NCBI GenBank assembly: GCA_964432825.1
Contig: CAYSOX010000004.1
Coordinates: 26,126 to 90,125, forward strand
DNA: 64,000 nt
Direction of reading: 5' to 3'
From: an uncultured Lachnospiraceae bacterium
Lineage (GTDB): Bacteria; Bacillota; Clostridia; Christensenellales; UBA1242
Every line of letters starts with the position of its first letter. Position 1 is the stretch's first letter. The position numbers and the translations under genes are program-made. Below, piece by piece: positions 42,234 through 49,260 of this stretch. A model generated the notes under the pieces. The model was not told the origin of the DNA and ran no database searches. It was given only the letters and a program-made list of their open reading frames with translations.

Positions 42234-42286
42234 AACTTTCTCCCTTTTAGCATTGGTGTTTTATTATGTTTTTATTACAAAAAAAA

Positions 42287-42478
42287 TGTAAATGGCAAGC
42301 AATTTTGAAGGGTTGTGATTCATAGTGCGAATCATGGGTTTCCCATATGGAGTGGGAAGGGTTGTAAAATTATTTATTTTTAAAGATGTGTCGCGGCTTT
42401 AAAAATAAGAATTGTTTTGAGATTTACCAGTGTGAACAATTCAGAAAGTCACTGGAATTTCGGTACTTGCCATTTACA
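42287..42478 (-). promoter_or_regulatory. Structured 5' leader of the giant gene, closed by a perfect 13-bp inverted repeat
   Basis: TGTAAATGGCAAG (42287-42299) and CTTGCCATTTACA (42466-42478) are exact reverse complements 166 nt apart. Inner hairpins include CCAGTG/CACTGG and TGATTC/GAATCA. The distal arm starts about where the predicted TSS falls. Confidence 0.5.
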
Positions 42479-42484
42479 ATATAT

Positions 42485-42513
42485 ATTATATATATTAGCG
42501 AAATAAAAAGCAA
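42485..42513 (-). promoter_or_regulatory. Sigma-A-like promoter for the giant gene
   Basis: On the minus strand: TTGCTT (42513-42508), a 17-nt spacer, then TATAAT (42490-42485). It lies ~250 nt upstream of the ATG. Confidence 0.5.
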
Positions 42514-42587
42514 CTAAAATTCGCCATTTTTCGAAATTATTTGTGAAAAAAAGTGTGAGGATAGGGGATTAGGTTTTGTGAGTGATA

Positions 42588-42653
42588 CCCAAACCGAGTG
42601 GAGTGAGTTGGTTTCGCCCACCTACCCGAACCGAGAGGAGTGAGTTGGTTTCG
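42588..42653 (+). repeat. 29-bp direct repeat pair (37-bp period)
   Basis: CCCAAACCGAGTGGAGTGAGTTGGTTTCG (42588-42616) and CCCGAACCGAGAGGAGTGAGTTGGTTTCG (42625-42653) match at 27/29. Each contains an AACC...GGTT inverted pair. Confidence 0.8.
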
Positions 42654-42723
42654 TGAGGGCTGGATTGATGTGTGTTGTGATTGGTTTGTGGTAGAAGATT
42701 TGATGGTTTTTTGTGTTATTTTA

Positions 42724-42855
42724 GTGGTTTTGTTTCTAAAACTAAATAAACCTGCTGGGGGTGAGTTGATTGGAACGGCGAGGATGATTGGAGGAAATTT
42801 ATTATAGGGCTATATGCTTGTGTTGGTTTGCTGGTTTTGTTTCTAAAATCTAACA
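42724..42855 (+). repeat. ~113-bp intergenic repeat, copy B (about 1.5 tandem units)
   Basis: 42724-42775 matches 587-639, and 42776-42855 matches 526-609, in the same orientation. This copy is therefore a circular permutation/tandem form of copy A. Confidence 0.8.
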
Positions 42856-43104
42856 TATGATGATGCTGAAAATCCTAAGATTAAACAAATAGATTATGGG
42901 TTTATTTATAACTATAAAAGTGATTTATTACAGAATAAACCTGCGGGGAAGGAAGTTTGCGGGAGAAAGTTTGAAATTTATAATATCTCAACATCGTTCT
43001 CCATTGCCAAATTTACCTATAATTTGTAGGGACGGGGCTTTTGTTCAATGGGGGTATTGGGGTGTGTGGAAAAATTTTTAAAATTTCTTAATTTTGTGTT
43101 CTTC

Positions 43105-43190
43105 TCCTTTGTTTTAAAGGGGTTTTCGGGGGTGAAAATTGGAGAGGCGTGACACAAAATCGTGCAAGGCAAAAATTTGTGTTGTAATAT
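43105..43190 (+). promoter_or_regulatory. Conserved promoter cassette, copy 1
   Basis: TCCTTTGTTTTAAAGGG (43105-43121), then TGACACAAAATCGTGCAA (43150-43167), a 17-nt spacer and TAATAT (43185-43190). The same architecture occurs at 54272-54357, and the box plus -10 occur at 49579-49619. An extra TCCTTTGTTTTAAAGGG lies at 43253-43269. Confidence 0.55.
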
Positions 43191-43953
43191 CAAATTGTAA
43201 ATTGTTTTTTTGACAAAAAGTATTGTTGTTGAAGTTTTTATATTTGCTGTATTCCTTTGTTTTAAAGGGCTACAGCGGTTTGCTTTTTCTTAAAATTTTA
43301 TTCAGTTTTCGGACAATTTACAAAATTGTTATTATTTCATAACTAAATTTTAATGCGGGGCGGAGTCGTTTTGCTGAGGATTTTGGTTGGCTGTTTGATG
43401 CTTTGGCTTTTATATTCTTAAATCGCTGTAAGAAATCGCGTTTTTGAGGCGGGTTGAAACTTGGGCGGAAGCGGTTGTGGGTGTTGGAACCTTATAGGTT
43501 GAGGGGCTTTTTGAGGCGGTCGAGGTTTGGAGTCTTAACCTAAGCGGTCGAGGTAATGGCGTCTTAACCTAAGCGGATGATGGTGCTGGAACTGGAGAAA
43601 ATGCCGTTTGGGGCGGGCGATTGTTGGGGCTTAAATGGGTGTGAATTTGAGGCGAGTGATACAACAGATTGGTTGTTGACTTTAAGTTTTGGTGATGATG
43701 TTTGTCGTATTTTGGGCGGGTGAGGTTCCAAAATTGGGGAATCTTTGGCGGTTCAAAAAGGCTTTGGCGGTTCCAAAATTCGGTGGTTCAAAATAGTTCA
43801 AAAGAGGAATTTCAAGTTCCAAGATTTGGTGACAGCGGATGGTTTAAAAGGGGGATAAGGTATTACTAAATTTGGGTTATGTATTGCATTAAAATTTATG
43901 TCAAGAAGACCACGATTGGTGGTCAAATCAAAAATATTTTTAAGGAGAATTTT

Positions 43954-46302
43954 ATGAATAATTTAGCAAATTTTTGTGGGGCAAATGTTGGGGACAAAAA
44001 TTTTCAAGAAAACTATGTTAAAGGAGCAACGTTCGATTGTGAAACATACACAAAATGTGATAAAATTGAAAGACAACCAAAAACAAAAAGGGGTAATTTT
44101 AAAAATATTATGTTAGACAAAACAAAAGATAATTCCAATAGTTTTTCAATATTGGCGGGTAGAGGTATGTCAGACAATATTGATGATAAAAATTTTGCCG
44201 ATTTGGGCGATTTTCCATTAGCGAAGTCGTTAGCCAAAACTATGAGGGCGAGGGAAGAAAATGTAAAATTTACTCCCAAAATCATATTGGATAAAATTTA
44301 TAATAGACGGAAAAATATGCATAAAAAAATTGCCTCAAAGTCAATTTTGGCGAATGAAAATTGTTCCAATTTTGAAGTGGGTAAAATTTCAAATTTTGGG
44401 GTGAATAACCTTGCAGATTTTAAGATGGAAGATTGTTCGACTGGTGAGGCGAATGAAATTTTAAATTGCGAGGCGAGTGGGGTTTTGACTGGTGAGGCGA
44501 ATGAGGTTCTGAATGTTGGAGTGGATGCGGTTTCGAGTGTCGGTGGGAAAAGTGCTTTTGGTTATGGGATTACTGGAGGTTCGGATTTAAAAACGGATGA
44601 AATTTCGGCTATTGGGACATGTGGGGTTCCAAGCATGGCAAATGTGGGTAGTACGGAAGATGGTAAAAACTTGGATAAAGTGAGTGATTGTGTTGTAAAT
44701 ATAGACATTTTGGTTGATAGTAAGAAAAAGTCCGAAAATTCGTACGGAAGTGTTGGAAAGTCTGAAAATCCGTACGGAAGAGTTGGAAGGTCTGAAGAAA
44801 TGTACGGAAGAGTTGGAAAGCCGAAAGAAATGTACGAAAGTGCTGGAAAGTCGGAAGAGATGTATGGAAGTGTTGGAAAGTCGGAAGAAATGTACGGAAG
44901 TGTTCAGAAGTCGGATGTTTTGGTGGAAAATACGGGAAAGTCCGAAAATCTGTATGGAAGTGTTGGAAAGCCCGAAGAAATGTATGAAAGTGCTGGAAAG
45001 TCGGATGTTTTGGTGGAAAATACGGGAAAGTCCGAAAATCTGTATGGAAGTGTTGGAAAGTCTGAAAATTTGTATGGAAGTGTTGGAAAGCCCGATGAAA
45101 TGTATGGAAGTGTTGGAAAGTCGGAAGAGATGTATGGAAGTGTTGGAAAGCCCGAAGAAATGTATGAAAGTGTTCAGAAGTCGGACGATGTGTATGAAAA
45201 TAGTAAAAATATTCAGATTTTTGAAACTCCAACAAATGTAGGTTGCGAAGAAGATTTGTATTCCCCAAAACTCTCGGATAGGTTTTTGGGAATGAGCGGG
45301 CTTTCGACGATTGTTCTTAGAAGTCCGGAGGCGGTGTACGGCGAAGGGGTCGAAGTTTCGGACGACCGAACACGGCTTAGGGTTGATGGCATTACAAGTT
45401 TCGGTGACGATGGTATGGGGCTTGGGGCTTTGAGACACGAATTAGGCAAAATCACTCTTGATGGGGGCTTTTATACGAGTTCTGACAGAATGGGCAAAAT
45501 TTCGACCGATGAAAATAATGTCGATTTTTCAGAAAAAAATGAACAAAATTTGAATAAAGACAATAAAAAAATTGATGGTCAAAATTTAGAAATTCAAAAT
45601 GGTGTCACTCAGAATGTAGAAAATCAAAGGGGAACAAGTCCAAATATTGAAAATCTAAAAAGTGCAAATCAATCAATTGAAAATCAAAATAATGCAAATC
45701 AACCAATTGAAGGTCAAGGGTCTGCAAGTAAAAAGGATTATGCGAACGACGATTTGGGCAAAAGTCTAGTTATCGGGATGAAGGTCGGTGAGATCGGGTT
45801 TGGAAGTGTTCCGGAAGATGTTCGAAAATGCGAACTTTTGAATATGAAAATCAATCGACGGGACTCTGAGAATTGGACACATAAAGAATGGATTAAGTTT
45901 TTTATCAAGGTCGAGCCGTGCATTGCTATGTGTGTGAAGCATTTTGACAATATGTTTTACCGTGCATCGGTGTTGAGTTTGGATTACAACGAGTGTGCGA
46001 AGTTTGGTTCGGTGGAGAATATGTTTAACGAGTTGATTGAGTTGACCGAGCGGAAAAAACAATACTTGAAGTTGAAATTTTTTATTAATAGGCTTAAAAA
46101 GGAACTTGATGAGTACGATTTGATGATTATTGGATATTTTGTGTTCGACGAGGATACGAGGTCGGCACTTTTGGAGGAAATGAGCAGGCGAACAATTTAT
46201 AGGCGTGCAAACCGCATTTTTACCAAGTTGACAAATTTTCTTGTCGCACGCGGGTACACTGAAAAATGGTTGTATAAACAATTCGGTATGTTGACAAGGT
46301 AG
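43954..46302 (+). CDS. Repeat-rich protein with a C-terminal phage late-regulator-like HTH (RinA/ArpU/sigma-70 region-4-like)
   Basis: The ORF track gives 43879..46302. I prefer ATG 43954 because AAGGAG lies 7 nt upstream. The C-terminal ~150 aa (LDEYDLMIIGYFVFDEDTRSALLEEMSRRTIYRRANRIFTKLTNFL, nt ~46108-46255) resemble the region-4/HTH segment of phage late activators. The remainder is low-complexity and includes sixteen 10-aa repeats. Confidence 0.75.
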   Translation: MNNLANFCGANVGDKNFQENYVKGATFDCETYTKCDKIERQPKTKRGNFKNIMLDKTKDNSNSFSILAGRGMSDNIDDKNFADLGDFPLAKSLAKTMRAREENVKFTPKIILDKIYNRRKNMHKKIASKSILANENCSNFEVGKISNFGVNNLADFKMEDCSTGEANEILNCEASGVLTGEANEVLNVGVDAVSSVGGKSAFGYGITGGSDLKTDEISAIGTCGVPSMANVGSTEDGKNLDKVSDCVVNIDILVDSKKKSENSYGSVGKSENPYGRVGRSEEMYGRVGKPKEMYESAGKSEEMYGSVGKSEEMYGSVQKSDVLVENTGKSENLYGSVGKPEEMYESAGKSDVLVENTGKSENLYGSVGKSENLYGSVGKPDEMYGSVGKSEEMYGSVGKPEEMYESVQKSDDVYENSKNIQIFETPTNVGCEEDLYSPKLSDRFLGMSGLSTIVLRSPEAVYGEGVEVSDDRTRLRVDGITSFGDDGMGLGALRHELGKITLDGGFYTSSDRMGKISTDENNVDFSEKNEQNLNKDNKKIDGQNLEIQNGVTQNVENQRGTSPNIENLKSANQSIENQNNANQPIEGQGSASKKDYANDDLGKSLVIGMKVGEIGFGSVPEDVRKCELLNMKINRRDSENWTHKEWIKFFIKVEPCIAMCVKHFDNMFYRASVLSLDYNECAKFGSVENMFNELIELTERKKQYLKLKFFINRLKKELDEYDLMIIGYFVFDEDTRSALLEEMSRRTIYRRANRIFTKLTNFLVARGYTEKWLYKQFGMLTR
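44731..45210 (+). repeat. 16 in-frame tandem copies of a 30-bp unit (GKSEEMYGSV-type decapeptide)
   Basis: The unit TCNGAAGAAATGTAYGGAAGTGTTGGAAAG repeats with exact 30-nt periodicity. A 60-bp block (44911-44970) recurs exactly at 45001-45060. Confidence 0.95.
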
Positions 46303-46323
46303 GGGTGAGGGGATGTATAAGTT

Positions 46324-46347
46324 CCGCCCACCTATCCGGATGGGCGG
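46324..46347 (+). terminator. Hairpin between convergent genes
   Basis: CCGCCCA (46324-46330) pairs with TGGGCGG (46341-46347) across a 10-nt loop, 22 nt after the stop at 46302. A moderately T-rich tail follows. Confidence 0.45.
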
Positions 46348-46415
46348 TCGGTTTAGTGTGTTATTGATTTGGTTTGATTGATTTTAATTGAGGCGGTTGG
46401 GGGAGTGTGGTTTGG

Positions 46416-48818
46416 TTATTTTTTATTGAAACGATTGCGGAAGGGGGGTGTGTTGTTTGTGGAACCCAAGACGCTTGAAAATGGTGTGGAAATGGAAAAG
46501 TCTTCCGAATATTCGGTTTCATCTATATTTATTTTTGGGAATGTCGGCCTTGAAATGGGGTCGGCATTTTCTATGCTTTTTTTCAGTTTTTGTGTGTCCG
46601 AAAAATATTCGCCGTAGGAGTTCTCAAGGCGGGTTGGTTTTGGAAAGGATGATTTATTTTCTGTATTATTGTATGGGGAGTTGGAAGTGTAAATGTTTGG
46701 GTTGTCAGATTGAAAAGAGACGGAGTTTTTAGGGTCTGAATATTGAGAGGCGGAGTTAAGGTTGGCGGAGTTGATGTTTGTGGAGTTGAAGTTTGAAGTG
46801 GTGTTTTGAAAAGAGGCGGAGTTTTGGGGCTTGGATGGTTGAATGTTGGAAGTTGAGGGTGTCGTGGTTGAATGATGGAAGTCTTTGGTAAAATTTGGGC
46901 TTTCTGAAAGTAGGGTTAAATTTTGTGGGTTGGAGCCAGAAGAGGTGTTGTGGGAAAAATTTTTAGAATAATCCGTAGATGTGTCAGGGGAAAATTCTTT
47001 ATTGAGACGAGTGTTGGTGTCGGCGGAAAAGTTTTGAGCAGGGAAATGTGGGGCGTTTGAGGAAAACTCCGTGGCGGAATTGGAAAAGGCATTTAAATTG
47101 GTGTGGGTATCGGTTGTAATGCCTTTAGTGGGGAAAGGTGAGGTGTTTGAAGCGTACTCGGTGGCGGAATTGGTAAAGGTGTTTGAACCAGTGTTGGTGT
47201 TGGCGGGAAAGTTTTGGGTAGGAAAATGTAGAGTGCTTGAAGAAAACTCTGTGGTGGAATTGGTAAAGGTGTTTAAATTGGTGTGGGTGTCGGTTGTAAT
47301 GCCTTTAGTGGGGAAAGGTGAGGTGTTTGAAGTGTACTCCGTGGCGGAATTGTTGGGGGTGGTGGATATAAACTCGGTGGTGGGGCTTGAGAAAGTGTCG
47401 GGTGTCAACTCTTTAGCGGTTTCCAAAGTTGTTTTGAAATTTACATATGGTTCAAAGTCTCTAGAAAATTTTAAGGCTTTTTGTGAATTTAGGGAGAATT
47501 TTTTGCGTTTTTGGTGGTTTTTAGAAAAATTTTTCAGATTTGAAATTTTTTCTATGGCGATTGGGTTGTTGCCGTTGTTGGTGGAGTTGCCGAACTTTGA
47601 GGGGTTATTAGAGGGGATGTTGTCGAAATTGTCGCTGGTGGGGTTTTTTAGGTTATTTTGTAGATTTTGGGATATTTTTTTATTTTTTAGTTTTTTTTGG
47701 TTAAAATTTTCGGAAATTTGCGAAATATTGTCGTTTTTTTGTGAAAAATTGGTGAAATTTGAAGTTTCGGCGAATTCGGGAAGTATATCAAAATCGGTTG
47801 AGGTGAAGTTGTTTTTGTCTGAATTTGAGAACGGTTCGAAAGGAGGGTCGGGCTGAGGGGTGTCCAAAACGCGTCGCTTTGGCTTTTTGATGAGTAAAAG
47901 AAAAATTACAATTGCGGGGATTATGAAGAGTAGAGCGATTGCCCATTTTAGTGCGGGCGACACCGAAAGGTTGAGTGTCGGTTTTTTTGTGGTGGCGGTT
48001 GGTGTGAGATTGTCGGTGTTTGGTGAGGCGGTTGCTGGTGGTGTAGAAGTTTCGGGTTTTTTAAGGTCGACTAGGGGTTGGCTTAAGATTGCGCGTTCGG
48101 AATATATATATCCTAAAAGTGTGGAGGTGTCGCCAAAATTGTATTCAACCATATACCAAAGATTGCCAGTGCCATCTGATGGGGTGTCACCGATTATGGA
48201 GCCGATGTAGATTATGTCGGTTGTGCCTTGCGGGATGATACGGATGCGGTTGTTGGAAATTTCGGGGGTGGAGCGGATGTATGTGCCAGCATCGGAGTAT
48301 AGGGTTATGGTGGTTCCGATTTGGGTTGTGGAAATTGTTGAGGGTTCTTCAGAGAGGCTTTCGGCACGAACAAAACCCGAAAAGTCGCCATAATTTACTT
48401 TAAAACCAATTTTTCCGCTGTCCAATGTGCAGGATTTTACAATTTCGACATAGTAAGTTTTGGGAAGCAAAAAATAGATTCCCGAAAGGTTGCCGTCGTC
48501 GTCTGAGGTGGTTTTAAAAAGTGGGGTGTCGGTCAAGATTTCACGGAACCGCGAAGAAGTTGCGGTGTTTTCGATTGCTTTTGCATTTGCGATTGTGCAA
48601 AAAGTGGCGTCTTTTAAAGTGGCTGTGTTAAAGTTTTCGGGGTTTTTGGCGGTAAAATTTTTTACTTGCATTTTAGTGAATGAATATGTTTGGAAACTTT
48701 TAAAAGAAGAGACATCGGATAAACTTTCAAATATAATTTTTTTAAAAAAAAGGCTGGAAATAATTATTAATAGTGAAAATACAAGAAATAAAAAATAATA
48801 TAAAAATTTAGGCTTCAT
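46416..48818 (-). CDS. Membrane protein: N-terminal signal-anchor, two SH3b-like segments, P/T linker, TM helix and a long low-complexity cytoplasmic tail
   Basis: The ORF track gives 46416..48893. I prefer ATG 48818-48816 because GAGG lies 7 nt upstream and a sigma-A-like promoter overlaps the longer ORF's first codons. N-terminus MKPKFLYYFLFLVFSLLIIISSLFF. SH3b-like segments end GDFSGFVRAESL and LLGYIYSERAIL. TM LKWAIALLFIIPAIVIFLLLI is followed by KKPKRR. The ~480-aa N/S/T/P/F-rich tail contains a 60-aa duplication. Confidence 0.75.
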   Translation of the reverse strand: MKPKFLYYFLFLVFSLLIIISSLFFKKIIFESLSDVSSFKSFQTYSFTKMQVKNFTAKNPENFNTATLKDATFCTIANAKAIENTATSSRFREILTDTPLFKTTSDDDGNLSGIYFLLPKTYYVEIVKSCTLDSGKIGFKVNYGDFSGFVRAESLSEEPSTISTTQIGTTITLYSDAGTYIRSTPEISNNRIRIIPQGTTDIIYIGSIIGDTPSDGTGNLWYMVEYNFGDTSTLLGYIYSERAILSQPLVDLKKPETSTPPATASPNTDNLTPTATTKKPTLNLSVSPALKWAIALLFIIPAIVIFLLLIKKPKRRVLDTPQPDPPFEPFSNSDKNNFTSTDFDILPEFAETSNFTNFSQKNDNISQISENFNQKKLKNKKISQNLQNNLKNPTSDNFDNIPSNNPSKFGNSTNNGNNPIAIEKISNLKNFSKNHQKRKKFSLNSQKALKFSRDFEPYVNFKTTLETAKELTPDTFSSPTTEFISTTPNNSATEYTSNTSPFPTKGITTDTHTNLNTFTNSTTEFSSSTLHFPTQNFPANTNTGSNTFTNSATEYASNTSPFPTKGITTDTHTNLNAFSNSATEFSSNAPHFPAQNFSADTNTRLNKEFSPDTSTDYSKNFSHNTSSGSNPQNLTLLSESPNFTKDFHHSTTTPSTSNIQPSKPQNSASFQNTTSNFNSTNINSANLNSASQYSDPKNSVSFQSDNPNIYTSNSPYNNTENKSSFPKPTRLENSYGEYFSDTQKLKKSIENADPISRPTFPKINIDETEYSEDFSISTPFSSVLGSTNNTPPFRNRFNKK
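47041..47353 (-). repeat. 180-bp-period duplication inside the cytoplasmic-tail coding region
   Basis: 47041-47173 matches 47221-47353 closely, encoding NSATEY(T/A)SNTSPFPTKGITTDTHTNLN... twice. A 90-bp sub-period is visible: GTGGCGGAATTGG recurs at ~47070, 47161 and 47341, with a GTGGTGGAATTGG variant at ~47251. Confidence 0.85.
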
Positions 48819-48864
48819 ATTAACCTCACTGTTGGTTTCGAACCATTTTACATAGTCAAAAATA

Positions 48865-48893
48865 ATTGTAATGATTTTTGACAACAAGAGCAA
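48865..48893 (-). promoter_or_regulatory. Sigma-A-like promoter for the 46416-48818 gene
   Basis: On the minus strand: TTGCTC (48893-48888), a 17-nt spacer, then TACAAT (48870-48865). It lies ~45 nt upstream of ATG 48818. Confidence 0.45.
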
Positions 48894-49260
48894 AAATTAT
48901 TCCGTCGAATGTTGCCGAAAAAAATGCAAAACGCGGTGAGTTTTGATTATTCGTAAATTTAATGATAGAGCAATAGGTAAAAAAAATAAATGTGTGATGT
49001 TGCTAGGGTGAAAAATGTTAAGTGTTAGATAAAAAGTTATGTTTGGATATTGTGTGGCAAAGTTGTGGAAGGTGAGAAATGGAAAGAGTTGTGGGAATTG
49101 GATATGAGGTTGTGGGTAAGGGAAAAAATTTGAAGAGGGAAAATGCCAAATGGGGGAAATGTAGAAAATTTAATCGGCATACTATGAGGATGGAGGGTTC
49201 GGAAATTTTAAAATTTTGAAATGATAAATAGTATGTGTGCAAATTGAAGATTGGTATGTT

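Noticed and set aside
4320-42233. An alternative genetic code, or a stop-codon reassignment artefact, as the explanation for the giant ORF
   Set aside because: The frame lacks all three stop codons across 12,637 codons, so no reassignment is needed. Trp in the conserved GWY motifs is encoded by TGG. Neighbouring genes (terL, portal, the capsid gene, carD-like) have normal lengths and end at standard stops.
4320-42233. The giant ORF as a phage tape-measure or tail-fibre protein, given its proximity to head genes and its C-terminal hydrophobic helices
   Set aside because: It has an N-terminal Sec/lipoprotein-type signal, lies on the opposite strand and has a host-type promoter and its own terminator. 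Its content is B-repeat-like surface modules rather than a long helical ruler. A virion role cannot be excluded without data, but the sequence does not support it.
7355-42291. About 40 plus-strand ORFs of 60-122 aa, and a few same-strand out-of-frame ORFs, overlapping the giant gene
   Set aside because: All lie fully inside the 37.9-kb ORF. They have no RBS context that I can see, and their translations are low-complexity (L/F/R/C/V-rich), as expected for antisense reading of an N/T/S/Y-rich gene. I treat them as frame artefacts.
526-42855. The flanking ~113-bp direct repeats as attL/attR of an integrated element
   Set aside because: No integrase, recombinase or excisionase gene is visible in the window, and the repeats are long, imperfect and partly tandem. 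I report them as a recombination-prone bracket, not as att sites.
42896-43081. A 61-aa plus-strand ORF in the 1.7-kb divergent spacer
   Set aside because: There is no RBS upstream of the ATG. The product is a composition-driven peptide, and the ORF lies upstream of the conserved promoter cassette.
44731-45210. CRISPR array hypothesis for the regularly spaced repeats. This also applies to 52832-53110, 54750-54947, 49261-49383 and 3959-4082.
   Set aside because: The repeats are contiguous with no unique spacers, and most are in-frame coding minisatellites. The 47-bp pair has only two copies. No cas genes are present in the window.
44587-45455. Minus-strand ORFs of 283, 219 and 80 aa, and a plus-strand 175-aa ORF, over the 30-bp repeat array
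   Set aside because: The tandem 30-bp unit lacks stop codons in several frames, so the array is open in multiple frames on both strands. Only the frame continuous with the flanking 782-aa protein has an RBS and non-repeat flanks.
47071-48210. Plus-strand ORFs of 261 and 116 aa opposite the 46416-48818 gene. Similar cases: 1008-1295 opposite the 963-3674 tail, and 52697-53191 and 52779-53177 over the 36-bp array.
   Set aside because: These are antisense or out-of-frame readings of low-complexity repeat DNA. They have no RBS and give G/V/F/L-rich nonsense-like products.
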